A stretch of 64,000 nucleotides of DNA from Nanobdellota archaeon (GCA_018220985.1 JAAOXS010000003.1:8367-72366), one strand, 5' to 3'; shown: positions 37,279-48,035, counted from the stretch's first letter. A program made the numbers and translations. The notes: generated by a model from the letters alone, not told the origin.

Positions 37279-38407
37279 TAGCTTTTTCGCCATTTGTTAT
37301 TTCTCGTTCAAGTTCCACGTATAATCTTCCTTTTTTCTCAAATACTTTTTTTGAAGTCCATTTTTCGCGAAACTTTTTGCAATGTTCTTTCATTCTTGTT
37401 TCAGGTCCTTTGTGAATTATTTTTTCAGGTATTTTTTCAGGTATTATGAAGAAAAAAGAGTTTTCTTCAGGTATTAGTCCATGTTTGTTTGAAAAACCAA
37501 GTTGTATGAGTTCTGAGCTTATTCTTCCAATTTTCTTGTTTAATTTGGCGAGAAAAATGTCGTTTTTTCCTTTTACAATAAATTTTTTTGAAAAAAATAT
37601 TTCCTTGTTCCCTTTTAATGATTTGAAATATTCTAACGTGTTTTTATTTTTAAAAAAGTTTTTAGACGGGTTTTTAGTGTATTCTTTGCTTATTTTCACG
37701 AATTTTTTGAATTTTTCTTCTGATAATGCGTTAGAAGCGTTTCTTAAGCTTTGAACTGGGTCTATGATTATTAGTGATGTTTTCTGACTTTTTTTTAGTG
37801 GTTGTTCTTGTTCGAGTATTATTTTTTTTCCAATTTTCCATTTCGCAACATTGGATATCGTGTTTTCAAATGTTTTGTAATGTATTGTTAGTAATTCAAT
37901 TGAGTAGCCTGATAGTCCTTGTTGGTAGGATTCCGCGCCGTATAACCCGTTTTGTTTGCAAAAATGTTTTAGTAGCATTGTTTCATCAGGGTGTTTTAAG
38001 TGTTTTTTCACGTATTCAACGTGAAATGGTGAGCAGTCCATTATGTTTTCTGCTTGTTCTGTTTTTTTAATTTCGTAAACAGGTATTATTTCTATTTTGA
38101 AGTTTTCTAAATTGAATGACGCGTAGTTTCTTGATGCTTTAACAATTTCAGGAGCGTATTTTTTCAGTGATTTTAGCGTTTTTTCACTGATGTTTTTCGT
38201 TTTTAACGCGTATTTTAAGAATATATCAATTTCTTTGTTGTTTTTTAGTCGTGTGTTTTTCGCAGCTGACCCTCCAAGGAAAGGTTGCGCGTGAGGTGAG
38301 TGTGTTTTTATTTCTTTTGATATTTGTTCAAAAATTTGGTTTATTTTTTCGTATTCTTGGTTTTCTGGTTTTATGTTTTTCAAAACTTGTTTCAAGAATT
38401 GTTTCAT
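37250..38407 (-). CDS. cca: Archaeal class I CCA-adding enzyme
   Basis: GGSAAKNTRL, EIDIF, IEIIP, DCSPFHVEYV, LYGAE...GLSGY..ELL, IIIDPV..RNAS, HKGP. Confidence 0.92.
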   Translation of the reverse strand: MKQFLKQVLKNIKPENQEYEKINQIFEQISKEIKTHSPHAQPFLGGSAAKNTRLKNNKEIDIFLKYALKTKNISEKTLKSLKKYAPEIVKASRNYASFNLENFKIEIIPVYEIKKTEQAENIMDCSPFHVEYVKKHLKHPDETMLLKHFCKQNGLYGAESYQQGLSGYSIELLTIHYKTFENTISNVAKWKIGKKIILEQEQPLKKSQKTSLIIIDPVQSLRNASNALSEEKFKKFVKISKEYTKNPSKNFFKNKNTLEYFKSLKGNKEIFFSKKFIVKGKNDIFLAKLNKKIGRISSELIQLGFSNKHGLIPEENSFFFIIPEKIPEKIIHKGPETRMKEHCKKFREKWTSKKVFEKKGRLYVELEREITNGEKAIKKIVSSFS

Positions 38408-38542
38408 AATGGTTTATTAACAAAAACTAGTTATTAAATTATTTGAAAACGTGCATAGTCATATTTTCGTGTTATAATAATGTGTTATATGTTGTATTAA
38501 GCATAATAAAATTTTTAACAACTGTTCAAATGATAATTTAAT

Positions 38543-40738
38543 TTAGAACGAGAAGTCATCGTAATCAAAATCGTCCAATTCTTCACTTGTTTTCTCAGTT
38601 TTTTGATTTTCTTCTTCTTGTTTTTCAGGTTTTTCTTCTATTTCTTCATCAAGAAATGAATTGTATTCTGAGGGTATTTCTTCTTCAAAGCTTGTTTTTT
38701 CTGTTTCAATTTTTGAAAAGTCATTTTCGAAATTGATTGGTTGTTCAATGCGATTCTCCATTTTTTCTTCTTTTTTCTCGATTTTGTAGGAGTGTTGTGT
38801 TTTCCATATTATTTTCGAGTTTCCTGCTGGTAAGTGGCGTACTATTTCATCAATATCTGTAATACCTAATTTTTCTGATAGTTGTTTTGCAGTTTCTGTT
38901 TGCGTTAATTCTCCAGGTTTTATGAGATTGTAATTCATCGTCTTATTTTTTACAGTGTTTTCAGGTCCGGATATTATTTTATTGTCAACACGTCCGATTG
39001 CAAGTGTTAGTTCTTTTCCATGCAAGTAATTTCGTCTTCCGTAAACCATGAAGCTTCCTTTTTGCAGTCCGCTTTCTTTTGATAATTGTTGTGGTGTCAC
39101 CCAATAAACATCAGCTGCTCCGAAACCGTCACGCCAAGCTCGTGAATGGCAAGCAATGAATGTTCCTGCTTCTTCATAGTCATTTTGTTCTAGGTTGCCT
39201 GTTTCTTTTCTTAGTATTCCAAAAGGTGAACCTGGCAGGTCTGCGTGGAATATTATATCTTCATTTCTCACGTACCTTTTTATAAGTATGTCATTTTGAA
39301 CTGCGTCTCTACCGCACACTAATAAGTTATTATTTGTTGTGTGAAAGTATTTGAATTTTTCATACCAGTTAGCGTACGTTTTTTGAGTTATTTCTTTTAA
39401 TTCCTGTGCTTGTTCTGGAATTATTTGTTCTGCTTCACTTATTTTTTGTTCTGTTATTTCTAAGTGTTCTTTTGCTCTTCCAATTTTTGATTCTGATTGT
39501 TTTGCAGTTTCGTACATTTTTGAAGCTTGTGAGCCTATTGTTGAATCAAAGTTTAAGCGTGATTGTACTCCTTTTACTTTAAATGTTCGTGTTGCAGGGT
39601 CTAAGTTTTCAACTAGTAGTGCTGCTTCAATTCCGTTTTTCCTGTCAATTTCGAGCTTTTCGCGTATTTCATCCCATGATTCTCCCGCGTTTCTTGTTTT
39701 TAGTATTGCAAGTCGGACTTGTTCGAGTAATCCTATTTTTTGCATTATGTCCGCGCCGTGTTCTCTTTTTTCTTCAGATTTTGTTTCAAGTTCTTTTATT
39801 CTTTCTTCTTGTTTTTCTTTTATTATTTCAAATTTGTTAACTTGTTTTTCTTTTATTTCTTCTTTTTCTTGAGTTTCTATTTCAAAAAGGTTTTTCGTGT
39901 AGTATTCGTCAACAGCTCTGTTAAAAAAGTCTGTTTCCGTTTTTTTTGAATTTGCGTAGCACTCAAGGGGTGTTGGTTGGTAGTCTGTTGGTTTTTCGTT
40001 TTCTAAAATTATTGATGGTTCGTATTTTTTGTATTTTAGAATTCTTACGAACGCGTCTATTTGTGAGTACAATTTTTCGTAATCTTCCCCTTTCAAATCA
40101 CTTAAAGGTTTATCCTTATCTATTCGTGCTCTTAAACAAATTTCTTCAGCGTATTTTCCTCCAAGTCCTATGTCTGCCGCAAGTGATTTCACAACGCTTC
40201 CCATTCGCGAATAATTCATTGTTCTTTTAAACATTATTAAGTTAAGAGTTAGTGGCGTCATCCTTTTTTCGGGCAGTATGTATGGTTTGTGAACCATTAT
40301 TTTTCTATCTCTGAATACTTGAACTTGCTTTAATGCTAGTATGTCATTATCAGAATTGCACAGTACGAAGTTTCCAGGGCTGAAAAGTTCGCATACAAGT
40401 TTTTTAATTCCGTCTTTTGTGTCAAAATTTATTTCAAGAATTCTATCATTGTTTTTTTGGGCTATTGATTTTATAAATGAGTTTGTTAAGTGTTTTCTTA
40501 AAAACATGCAAAAGTGGGGTGGAAAGTGTTTATAGTCTTTTTTATAGTTTGAAAGATAAATTGCTCTTCCGCTTAGTATTCTTAGTATTAGTTTTCCGTA
40601 GTTTTTGTGGTATAGTACGAAAACTAATTCGTCATTTCCTGGTTGGTAAACTTTCTCAACTTTCGCTTCGCGAATATTTTGGAGTTCTCTTACTACGCAG
40701 TAAAGGTCAAGTGAGGTTATATTTTTTACGTGTTCCAT
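38543..40738 (-). CDS. rqcH: NFACT/Rqc2 (NEMF homologue) ribosome quality-control protein with long acidic tail
   Basis: PPHFCMFLRKHL, DRILE, ELFSPGN, WYEKFKYF, GRDAVQND, FHADLPGSP, KGSFMVYGRRN. Confidence 0.9.
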   Translation of the reverse strand: MEHVKNITSLDLYCVVRELQNIREAKVEKVYQPGNDELVFVLYHKNYGKLILRILSGRAIYLSNYKKDYKHFPPHFCMFLRKHLTNSFIKSIAQKNNDRILEINFDTKDGIKKLVCELFSPGNFVLCNSDNDILALKQVQVFRDRKIMVHKPYILPEKRMTPLTLNLIMFKRTMNYSRMGSVVKSLAADIGLGGKYAEEICLRARIDKDKPLSDLKGEDYEKLYSQIDAFVRILKYKKYEPSIILENEKPTDYQPTPLECYANSKKTETDFFNRAVDEYYTKNLFEIETQEKEEIKEKQVNKFEIIKEKQEERIKELETKSEEKREHGADIMQKIGLLEQVRLAILKTRNAGESWDEIREKLEIDRKNGIEAALLVENLDPATRTFKVKGVQSRLNFDSTIGSQASKMYETAKQSESKIGRAKEHLEITEQKISEAEQIIPEQAQELKEITQKTYANWYEKFKYFHTTNNNLLVCGRDAVQNDILIKRYVRNEDIIFHADLPGSPFGILRKETGNLEQNDYEEAGTFIACHSRAWRDGFGAADVYWVTPQQLSKESGLQKGSFMVYGRRNYLHGKELTLAIGRVDNKIISGPENTVKNKTMNYNLIKPGELTQTETAKQLSEKLGITDIDEIVRHLPAGNSKIIWKTQHSYKIEKKEEKMENRIEQPINFENDFSKIETEKTSFEEEIPSEYNSFLDEEIEEKPEKQEEENQKTEKTSEELDDFDYDDFSF

Positions 40739-40788
40739 ATCTTTTTTTTTCGAATACTTTTTAACTTGTGATTTTTTGTTTTTGTTTT

Positions 40789-43164
40789 ATGCATGGAAAT
40801 TTTTATTTGTATTACGCCGATTTTAAAACGAGCGTTACTGGAAAGATTTGTGTACGACTATTTGGTAGAACTAAAAGGAATAAAAACGTTTGTGTAATTG
40901 ATTATAACTATAAACCATATTTTTGGGTTTTATGCAGTAAACCCCGTGAAATCGTTGAAAAAGCAGTTAAAACAGGTTTGTGCAGTGAAAATGTTTTAAG
41001 TGTTTGTGAAAAAAAGTTTTTAGGAAAAAAAGTTAATGTGGTTCGTGTTGAAGTTGAAAATTTTGAGGGATTAAAAAAAGTTAGTGCCACTTTCAAAAAA
41101 TTTTCTGGTGTTATCAGCGTTAACGAAGTTAGCATTCCTTTAGTCTCAAAGTACTTAATTGATAAAAAAATAATGCCTACGGGTTTAGTTAGTTTTGAAG
41201 GTGTTGAAGTTTCTGATTCTGACTTAAACGTTGATTCAGTGTTTAACGCTAGTAAAGTAGTTGGTTTAAGTGATGTTAGTGATGATTTTAGTGTTGCGAG
41301 TTTTGATATTGAAACTTTTTCAGAGAATCGTATTAGTTATGATGATCCTATAATTCTTATTTCTCTTGTTTCAAAGGATTTCAAAAAGTCGTATTCTTGG
41401 AAGAAAACTAGTAGGAAAAGTGTTGTGGTTTTCAATTCGGAAATGGATATGATTAAAGGTTTTTTTGATGATTTAAAAAAAGTTAATCCTGACATTCTTA
41501 TCGCGTATAATTCCAATGGTTTTGATTTTCCATTTCTGAAAGAACGTGCGAGAAAATTTGGCTTAAGCACTGGTTTTTCAAAAGATGGTTCACCAATTAA
41601 GATTTCCAGAGCTTCTAGAGGTTTTTTGCATGAGTTTTCAGGTATTAATCATATTGATTTGTACAGTTTCATGTCAAACATTTATGGTAGGACTTTGAAA
41701 TCTAATTCTTTAAAGTTATCAAGTGTTGCTCAGGAATTAGTTGGCGATTCTAAAAAAGAGTTTGGAACACCTCCAAGTTTATGGCGTGAAAATAAGATTA
41801 ATCAATTAGCAAGTTATTGTGAGCATGACGCGTTTCTAGTGTTAAAAATTTTTGACGTGGTTAAAAGTCTCATTTTTGAGCTTTCTAGATTAACTTTTGT
41901 TCAACCAGGCAGGGTGTGCGTTTCAGGTTTCAGTAGTTTAGTTGAGAATCATTTGATTTCAAAAAGAAATTATTTTAATGAAATCGCGCCTAATAAGCCA
42001 AGTGTTTCTGTTAAAAAAGATAGGTACGTTAATCGTCTTGAAGGCGCTTATGTTCATCAACCCACGCCAGGTATTTACAGTGATATTGTTCAATTTGATT
42101 TTCGTTCTATGTATCCTTCAATAATTAGCTCTCACAATATCGGTCCTGACACTTTTGTTAATAATTCTTTTTCGAAAAAAATCAGGGGTCTGATTCCTTC
42201 AAGTGTTAAAGAAATTATTGATAAGCGCGTCATTGTTAAGTCACAATGTAAAAAAGCGAAGGGCGCTAATCTTGTTTTGTTAAGGGCTAAGGAGCAGGCT
42301 TTGAAAGTTTTGGCTAATAGTACTTTTGGTTATTTGGCTTTTGATAATGCGCGTTGGTATTGTTTTAAGTGCGCTAGTGAAGTTACGCGTTTAGGTAGGG
42401 AGTATATTAAGAATACCATTTATGAATGTGAAAAAAATGGTTTTAGCGTTATTTATGGAGATACTGATTCCGTTTTTTTGAAGTTGGGCGATAAGTCTCT
42501 TGCCCAAGTTAAGAGTTTTATCTCTAAAATTAATAGTAATTTTCCTGAAGGTTTAGTTCTTAATTTAGAGGATTATTATTCTAAAGGAGTTTTTGTAAAG
42601 AAAAAAGAAAGTGGTAGCGCTGCTAAAAAAAAGTATGCTCTTGCAACTAAAAAAGGTGAGTTAATTGTTAAAGGGTTTGCTTTTGTTCGTAAGGATTGGA
42701 GTCCTATTGCTCGTGAAACTCAAATGGAAGTGTTTAAACAAATCCTTATTAAAGGTAATATTAAAAACGCGGTTAATGTTGTTTCAAAGTCTGTTAAAAA
42801 ATTAGTTGGTGGTAAGTGTTCAATTGATGAATTAATTATTAGCACTCGTTTAAAGAAAAACGTTGATGATTATAAATCAAAAAGTCCGCATGTACGTGCA
42901 GCGTTACATCTTAAAAACAATGGTTTGAACGCTTCTAAAGGTACAGTAATTAATTACATTATCTTAAAAGGTAAGGGTTCTATAGGTGAGCGCGCTTGGC
43001 CGGTTGAACTTTTAAAAAACGGTTTTGAGTATGATGTTGATTATTATGTTAACAATCAGGTTATACCTGTTGTTATTGAAATTCTTGATGTTGCTGGAGT
43101 GGATAGGTTGGATTTTATTAAGAAAGAGCAGAGCATATTATCTGATTTTTCAGGCAATAATTGA
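40789..43164 (+). CDS. polB: Family B DNA polymerase
   Basis: ExoI FDIET, YNSNGFDFP, YCEHD, DFRSMYPSII, KVLANSTFGY, YGDTDS, KKKYA, PIP-like QSILSDF; no intein. Confidence 0.95.
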   Translation: MHGNFYLYYADFKTSVTGKICVRLFGRTKRNKNVCVIDYNYKPYFWVLCSKPREIVEKAVKTGLCSENVLSVCEKKFLGKKVNVVRVEVENFEGLKKVSATFKKFSGVISVNEVSIPLVSKYLIDKKIMPTGLVSFEGVEVSDSDLNVDSVFNASKVVGLSDVSDDFSVASFDIETFSENRISYDDPIILISLVSKDFKKSYSWKKTSRKSVVVFNSEMDMIKGFFDDLKKVNPDILIAYNSNGFDFPFLKERARKFGLSTGFSKDGSPIKISRASRGFLHEFSGINHIDLYSFMSNIYGRTLKSNSLKLSSVAQELVGDSKKEFGTPPSLWRENKINQLASYCEHDAFLVLKIFDVVKSLIFELSRLTFVQPGRVCVSGFSSLVENHLISKRNYFNEIAPNKPSVSVKKDRYVNRLEGAYVHQPTPGIYSDIVQFDFRSMYPSIISSHNIGPDTFVNNSFSKKIRGLIPSSVKEIIDKRVIVKSQCKKAKGANLVLLRAKEQALKVLANSTFGYLAFDNARWYCFKCASEVTRLGREYIKNTIYECEKNGFSVIYGDTDSVFLKLGDKSLAQVKSFISKINSNFPEGLVLNLEDYYSKGVFVKKKESGSAAKKKYALATKKGELIVKGFAFVRKDWSPIARETQMEVFKQILIKGNIKNAVNVVSKSVKKLVGGKCSIDELIISTRLKKNVDDYKSKSPHVRAALHLKNNGLNASKGTVINYIILKGKGSIGERAWPVELLKNGFEYDVDYYVNNQVIPVVIEILDVAGVDRLDFIKKEQSILSDFSGNN

Positions 43165-43737
43165 TAGTGCGTATTCTAACGCGTAAGTTATTGGTAGTGA
43201 AATTATTAGGTTTATTGAAAAATAAATTAGTAGTCCTTGTAGTTTTGTTATTTTATTCATTTTTGAAACTGCTAGCCCTGCTGCGCGTAATGATAATATT
43301 AGTGATACGAAAGCTGTTATTGAAATAATTATTGATGCACCAGGTAAGTACGCGAATAATTGCATTGGTATGACAAATGCGTACGAAATTAATACTACAT
43401 AATTAAGCAGTGTTAGTGTTTGTTTCCAATTATTTTTTCCTTTAAAAAATGTTTTCGCGCAGAAAGCGGAAAGTATTGCTGTTAGTACTATTGTTGTTAT
43501 TGCAAGTATCGCTGAAAAAGTGATGTAAAAAGGCAGTAGGGATACTATTTCAGAAATTGTTATTATTCCTGTTGTATCTCCTGAAATTATAAGTATCAAA
43601 TATTGTAAAATAGTAATTGTTATGAGAGTTGTCATTGTTATTTGAAAACTTTTTTTCAGACCGTCTTTGTTAAATTTTTTAAAGGATCTCTCAGGGTTCG
43701 TAAACAGGTATACAAAGTTTTTGTAGTACTTGTCCAT
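43150..43737 (-). CDS. Yip1-like membrane protein
   Basis: LFTNPERSF N-terminal motif, ~5 TM, FKGKNNWKQT. Confidence 0.65.
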   Translation of the reverse strand: MDKYYKNFVYLFTNPERSFKKFNKDGLKKSFQITMTTLITITILQYLILIISGDTTGIITISEIVSLLPFYITFSAILAITTIVLTAILSAFCAKTFFKGKNNWKQTLTLLNYVVLISYAFVIPMQLFAYLPGASIIISITAFVSLILSLRAAGLAVSKMNKITKLQGLLIYFSINLIISLPITYALEYALSIIA

Positions 43738-43785
43738 GTTTAACACAATAAATTTAATAGTATTTAAACAGTTCTAAAAAATAGT

Positions 43786-44658
43786 ATGATTGATGAAGCA
43801 ATAACTGCTGGTAAAGTTGCGAGTAAAGTTCGTGATTTATCTTTAAAACTTGTTAAGCCAGGAGCTAAAGTTTTTGATATTGCTGAAAAAATTGAGGCTA
43901 AAATAATTAGTTCAGGTTGCGGTATTGCTTTTCCAGTTAACATTTCTATTAATGAGTTAGCAGCTCATGATACTGCTATGATTAATGATAAGCGAGTTTT
44001 AAAAAAGGGTGATGTGGTTAAGGTTGATGTTGGCACGCACATTGATGGTTTTATTGCTGATACTGCGAGAACTGTTATTGCAGGAGAGCCTAATAATAGT
44101 TTAGTAATTTGTGTTGAAAAATGTCTAAGTAACGCGTTGAAATTTGTTAGGCCTGGTGAAAAAATAAGTAAGGTTGGTGAAGTTATTCAGGGTGTTGCTG
44201 ATTCGTGTGATTTGTCAGTTGTGAAGAATCTTGTCGGTCATGGTTTAGGTAGGTATAATGTTCACACGGGTGTTAGTATTCCTAATTACAAAAATAATGA
44301 GTCTGGTGTTTTTAAAAAAGATGAGTTGGTTGCAATTGAGCCTTATCTAACAGATGGCACAGGTAGTGCTGTTGGAATTAATCGTGCGGAAATTTATTCT
44401 TTGAACAGGCTTAAACCTGTTCGTGTGAGAAAGGCTCGTGAATTGCTTGATTGGGTTGTTAAGGAAAGAAATGGATTGCCTTTTTGCAAGAGGTGGTTGA
44501 ACGGTTATGGTAAGCAGTTGGATTTTATTCTTAATCTTCTTACTCGTCAGGGTATTCTTACTGAGTACAAGGTTTTAAGGGAAGTTTCTGAAAAACGTGT
44601 TTCGCAGAGGGAGGATACTGTTTTGCTTGTTGATAAACCCATTATTACTACAAAATAG
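43786..44658 (+). CDS. map: Methionine aminopeptidase type II
   Basis: AFPVNISINELAAH, KVDVGTHIDGFIADTA, GHGL, AIEP, SQREDT. Confidence 0.95.
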   Translation: MIDEAITAGKVASKVRDLSLKLVKPGAKVFDIAEKIEAKIISSGCGIAFPVNISINELAAHDTAMINDKRVLKKGDVVKVDVGTHIDGFIADTARTVIAGEPNNSLVICVEKCLSNALKFVRPGEKISKVGEVIQGVADSCDLSVVKNLVGHGLGRYNVHTGVSIPNYKNNESGVFKKDELVAIEPYLTDGTGSAVGINRAEIYSLNRLKPVRVRKARELLDWVVKERNGLPFCKRWLNGYGKQLDFILNLLTRQGILTEYKVLREVSEKRVSQREDTVLLVDKPIITTK

Positions 44659-44703
44659 TTCTAAAGCGTTTTTTTTGTAAAATAAGGTGTTTCCTCCGCA
44701 TAA

Positions 44704-44730
44704 CGAAATTATTAAATACGCTTAAAGCGT
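44704..44730 (+). promoter_or_regulatory. BRE/TATA promoter of histone gene with adjacent short inverted repeat
   Basis: CGAAA-TTATTAAATA followed by ACGCTT-A-AAGCGT. Confidence 0.45.
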
Positions 44731-44764
44731 TATTTTATTAAATAGTGGGGGTTTTAATCAAAAA

Positions 44765-44986
44765 ATGAGTGGGAAAAGGGCTTCTCTGCCACTTGCACCT
44801 GTAGAAAAAATAATTAGGGCAGGTAGTGGTGCGAATAGGGTTTCTTCTGGCGCTACGAAAACACTTGCGAATGTTCTTACTGAAATAGCTTTAAAAATTA
44901 GTGAGAGAGCAACTTTTTTGGCTAAGCATGCTGGGAGAAAAACCATTAAAGCTGAGGATATTAATTTAGCTTCTAAAGAGATTTGA
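44765..44986 (+). CDS. Archaeal histone (HMf family)
   Basis: LPLAPVEKIIR.....RVS, AKHAGRKTIKAEDI. Confidence 0.95.
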   Translation: MSGKRASLPLAPVEKIIRAGSGANRVSSGATKTLANVLTEIALKISERATFLAKHAGRKTIKAEDINLASKEI

Positions 44987-44989
44987 AGT

Positions 44990-47008
44990 TTATTTTTTGT
45001 TTTTTTTCAAGTAATCTTTACTGGAGCAGTTAATGTTTATGCATAAGTCCCATGGTCGTTTTCCGCGTCTTATTAATCTAACAACAGGCATTCCGCATTC
45101 TTTGCAAGTTTTGTGCAGTACTTGTATTTTTCCATTTTGGGGTAGTGGGAAAGAGTTGGAGCATTTCGGGTAATTGTCACATCCCACAAATCGTTTTCCA
45201 GTTCTTCTTGAACGTATTATGACGAGTTTTCCTTTTTTGCATTTAGGGCATGTTGATAAAATAGCGTCATCTTTTAATGCTTCTACAAGTTCTTTCCCAA
45301 TTTTTTTGTTATGTTTCTCAAAATCTTTTAGTATTGCTTTAACTGCTTTTTTTGAGTGTTCAAGTGCTTTTTCTTTTTTCAGTTTTCCGTGCAGTACTAA
45401 GTCCATGTTTTTATCAACTTCCATTGTTAGGCTTTTCGAAATAATTTTAGGAGAGTATTTTTCAAGTATTTCCACAATTGTTCTTCCAAGTTCAGTTACT
45501 GTTACACTTTTTCCTGTCAAGTATCCTCGATAGTAAAGTGTTTTTAGTATATCTGAACGTGTTGCTTTTGTCCCAATTTCTTCTTTATCCATTAGTTTAA
45601 TTAGTGATGCTTGAGAAAAACGGTTTGGTGGTTGTGTTTTTTTAGAGTGTTTTTTTGATTTATCAATGTGTATAGTATCGTTTTTAGTGTGTTCAGGTAG
45701 TTCAACATCATCTTCTAATATGTAATCGTAATATTTTATCCAGCCTTGTTTTATTGTTTGTTTTCCATGGGCTGTGAATTCAAATCCTTTGCTGTTAATC
45801 GTGTATGTTACACTTTTTTTAAGCGCAGGTTCTGCGAAACTTGCTAAAAATCTTTTTACAATCAAATCGTATAATTTTAATTCTTTTCCGCGAACAGGTT
45901 TGCTACTTCCTGTTGGATATATTGCTGGGTGCGCAGGGTCAGTTTTTTTTCCGTCTACGGGTTTAAGTTCTTTTTTATCTAATAGCATGTTGCACAAGTT
46001 TTCGTATTTACTTTGTTTTGCTAGTTTATTTATTATCTTTTTGTACCCGATTGATGGAGGTAGTTGTTGTGATGATGTTCTAGGGTATGATATCATCCCT
46101 TTTTCGTACAGTTTTTGAGCTAATTCTAATGTTTTTGAGGGTAGTGAGTTTATATGTGAGTAAGCTTCTGTTTGTAGTATTGTTAGATTAAAGGGTTCAC
46201 AAGCGGGTTGTGTGTATTCTCTTTGTTTGATTTCAGTTATTTTTGCAGTTTTACTTTTTGCAGATTCATAAACTTTTTTCGCTTGTTCAGGTTTCCATAT
46301 TTTTTGAGGGTGGAATGCTTCAACTCCTTCAAAAGTTATTGATATTTCCCAGTAAGGTTTTGATTTGAAATTTTCTATTTCTATTTCTCTTTCGTAAAGG
46401 ACTTTAAGCATTGGTCCTTGCACTCTGCCCATTGACAGTATTTTGAACCTTCCCGCGGATTTTATTGATTCCATCAATGCTCTGGACGAGTTTATTCCCC
46501 AATAATAGTCTGTTAAATGTCTTAATTCTCCTGCGTTTATCATTCCTTTGTTTAAGTGTTTGTTTCTTTTCTCAAATGAGTGTTGCAGTTCGTCTTTTGT
46601 TAGTGTTGAGAATTTCATTCGTTCAGCATCTGTTTTTTCGAATAAGTATTTTAGAATTGTGTACGCTATCACTGAGCCTTCAGTATCGTAATCTGTTGCG
46701 ACTATGAATTTTTTCGCTTTTTTTTTCAAGCTTAAGAATGCTTCATAGTATTTTTTTGTGTAATTAGCATCATCCCTAAATGAGTGGGTTGGTGTCCATT
46801 CAACTTCAAATATTGGTGTTTTTGCTCCTTTTTTGTGTTTTAAATTAAATAAGTGACCTACAGCAGGTGCAGCGTAGTATGTTTCGTTTCCTTTTTTGAA
46901 TTCGTACGTTTTCACGCCTTTGATTACTTTTATTTTCGCGTTATCAGAAAGTGCTCTTACAATTTTTTGGCATGCAATTGGTTTTTCAGTAATTATAAGA
47001 GTTGACAT
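44990..47008 (-). CDS. topA: DNA topoisomerase I (type IA)
   Basis: IITEKP, ATDYDTEG, SMGRVQGP, ISYPRT catalytic Tyr, AHPAIYP, IGTKATR, C-terminal Zn ribbons. Confidence 0.95.
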   Translation of the reverse strand: MSTLIITEKPIACQKIVRALSDNAKIKVIKGVKTYEFKKGNETYYAAPAVGHLFNLKHKKGAKTPIFEVEWTPTHSFRDDANYTKKYYEAFLSLKKKAKKFIVATDYDTEGSVIAYTILKYLFEKTDAERMKFSTLTKDELQHSFEKRNKHLNKGMINAGELRHLTDYYWGINSSRALMESIKSAGRFKILSMGRVQGPMLKVLYEREIEIENFKSKPYWEISITFEGVEAFHPQKIWKPEQAKKVYESAKSKTAKITEIKQREYTQPACEPFNLTILQTEAYSHINSLPSKTLELAQKLYEKGMISYPRTSSQQLPPSIGYKKIINKLAKQSKYENLCNMLLDKKELKPVDGKKTDPAHPAIYPTGSSKPVRGKELKLYDLIVKRFLASFAEPALKKSVTYTINSKGFEFTAHGKQTIKQGWIKYYDYILEDDVELPEHTKNDTIHIDKSKKHSKKTQPPNRFSQASLIKLMDKEEIGTKATRSDILKTLYYRGYLTGKSVTVTELGRTIVEILEKYSPKIISKSLTMEVDKNMDLVLHGKLKKEKALEHSKKAVKAILKDFEKHNKKIGKELVEALKDDAILSTCPKCKKGKLVIIRSRRTGKRFVGCDNYPKCSNSFPLPQNGKIQVLHKTCKECGMPVVRLIRRGKRPWDLCININCSSKDYLKKNKK

Positions 47009-47064
47009 AAGTATTACTTCTAAATGGTTTACTTTTATAACTTACTCTTACCCACACACAAAAA

Positions 47065-47388
47065 TTACTCTTTTAGCATTACTTGTGCGAACGCGATTAC
47101 TCCTGCGAACACTGCTAATAATAGTACATTTGGTGTTATAATCCAGTACGCGAACGCGAATATTGCTGTTATTATTATTGATTGAGTTATTGATTTTTGG
47201 AAGATAACGTCAAGTAAACTTCCTATTATCATTAAAATTATTGCAGTGATTAATGGTGAAATTGGTAATGGTATTATGCTTATCACAAAATTTGGGATTA
47301 GTATTTCGGGCACGAAGTTAAGTATTCCCGTAAAAAAATTTGTTATAACTAATAATGATGTTAGTACGTCAATTGTTAGTTGCTTCAT
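47065..47388 (-). CDS. Small hypothetical membrane protein
   Basis: 107 aa, about four hydrophobic segments. Confidence 0.6.
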   Translation of the reverse strand: MKQLTIDVLTSLLVITNFFTGILNFVPEILIPNFVISIIPLPISPLITAIILMIIGSLLDVIFQKSITQSIIITAIFAFAYWIITPNVLLLAVFAGVIAFAQVMLKE

Positions 47389-47394
47389 TACTTA

Positions 47395-47895
47395 TTAGTT
47401 TACAGATTTGAACATATGAATGTTTTCGTATTCAGGTCCGTGATGGGTTAGGTTGCTTTTGAAAAGTGCGTATTCTTTAACTATGATTTCTTCTTTGAAT
47501 TCTTGTTCGTAAATCATTGTTGGTCTTTCCTGTTCTTTTACGCGCATGAGTGTTATGTGTGGCGTGTAGTGTCTAGCGTCAAAGTTTCGCATTGTTTGTT
47601 GTATTGTTTTTTGTAATTCTATTAGTTCCGGGCTTTCAATTTTTAAGTGTAGTATTTTTGCGAATTTTTTGTTGGGAAAAGCGTCAAATCCGTTGATTCT
47701 TATTGTGAATGGTTTGTACTTGATTGTTTCTAATTCTTTTATCAGTCTATTTGGTGATGGCATTTCTCCTAAGAATTTTAGGTTTATGTGAATGTTTTCT
47801 TTTTCAACTTTTTTTCCTATAAAATCTTTGATTTGTATTTTTGATATTTTCTCTTTTAATTTTTCAGGTATGTCTATTGCTAAAAATAATCTCAT
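47395..47895 (-). CDS. thpR: RNA 2',3'-cyclic phosphodiesterase (2H family, ThpR/LigT)
   Basis: MRLFLAID, IHINLKFLGE, PHITLMR, SNL...GPEY. Confidence 0.9.
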   Translation of the reverse strand: MRLFLAIDIPEKLKEKISKIQIKDFIGKKVEKENIHINLKFLGEMPSPNRLIKELETIKYKPFTIRINGFDAFPNKKFAKILHLKIESPELIELQKTIQQTMRNFDARHYTPHITLMRVKEQERPTMIYEQEFKEEIIVKEYALFKSNLTHHGPEYENIHMFKSVN

Positions 47896-48035
47896 TACTT
47901 TTAATAAAATTTAAATATACATAATAAATTTTGTTGTTATTATGAGTTATGATTTCCGCCAGTCTATAGAATGACTTCGGCATTACATGTATCTATTTTT
48001 AAATATTCTCAAAAACAATTATTAAAGGTGGTAAA

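Noticed and set aside
47960-47985. Minus-strand GCCGAAGTC...GACTGGC as an archaeal SECIS element
   Set aside because: Lacks the opposing A and full S-S pairs; no selenoprotein-like ORF nearby
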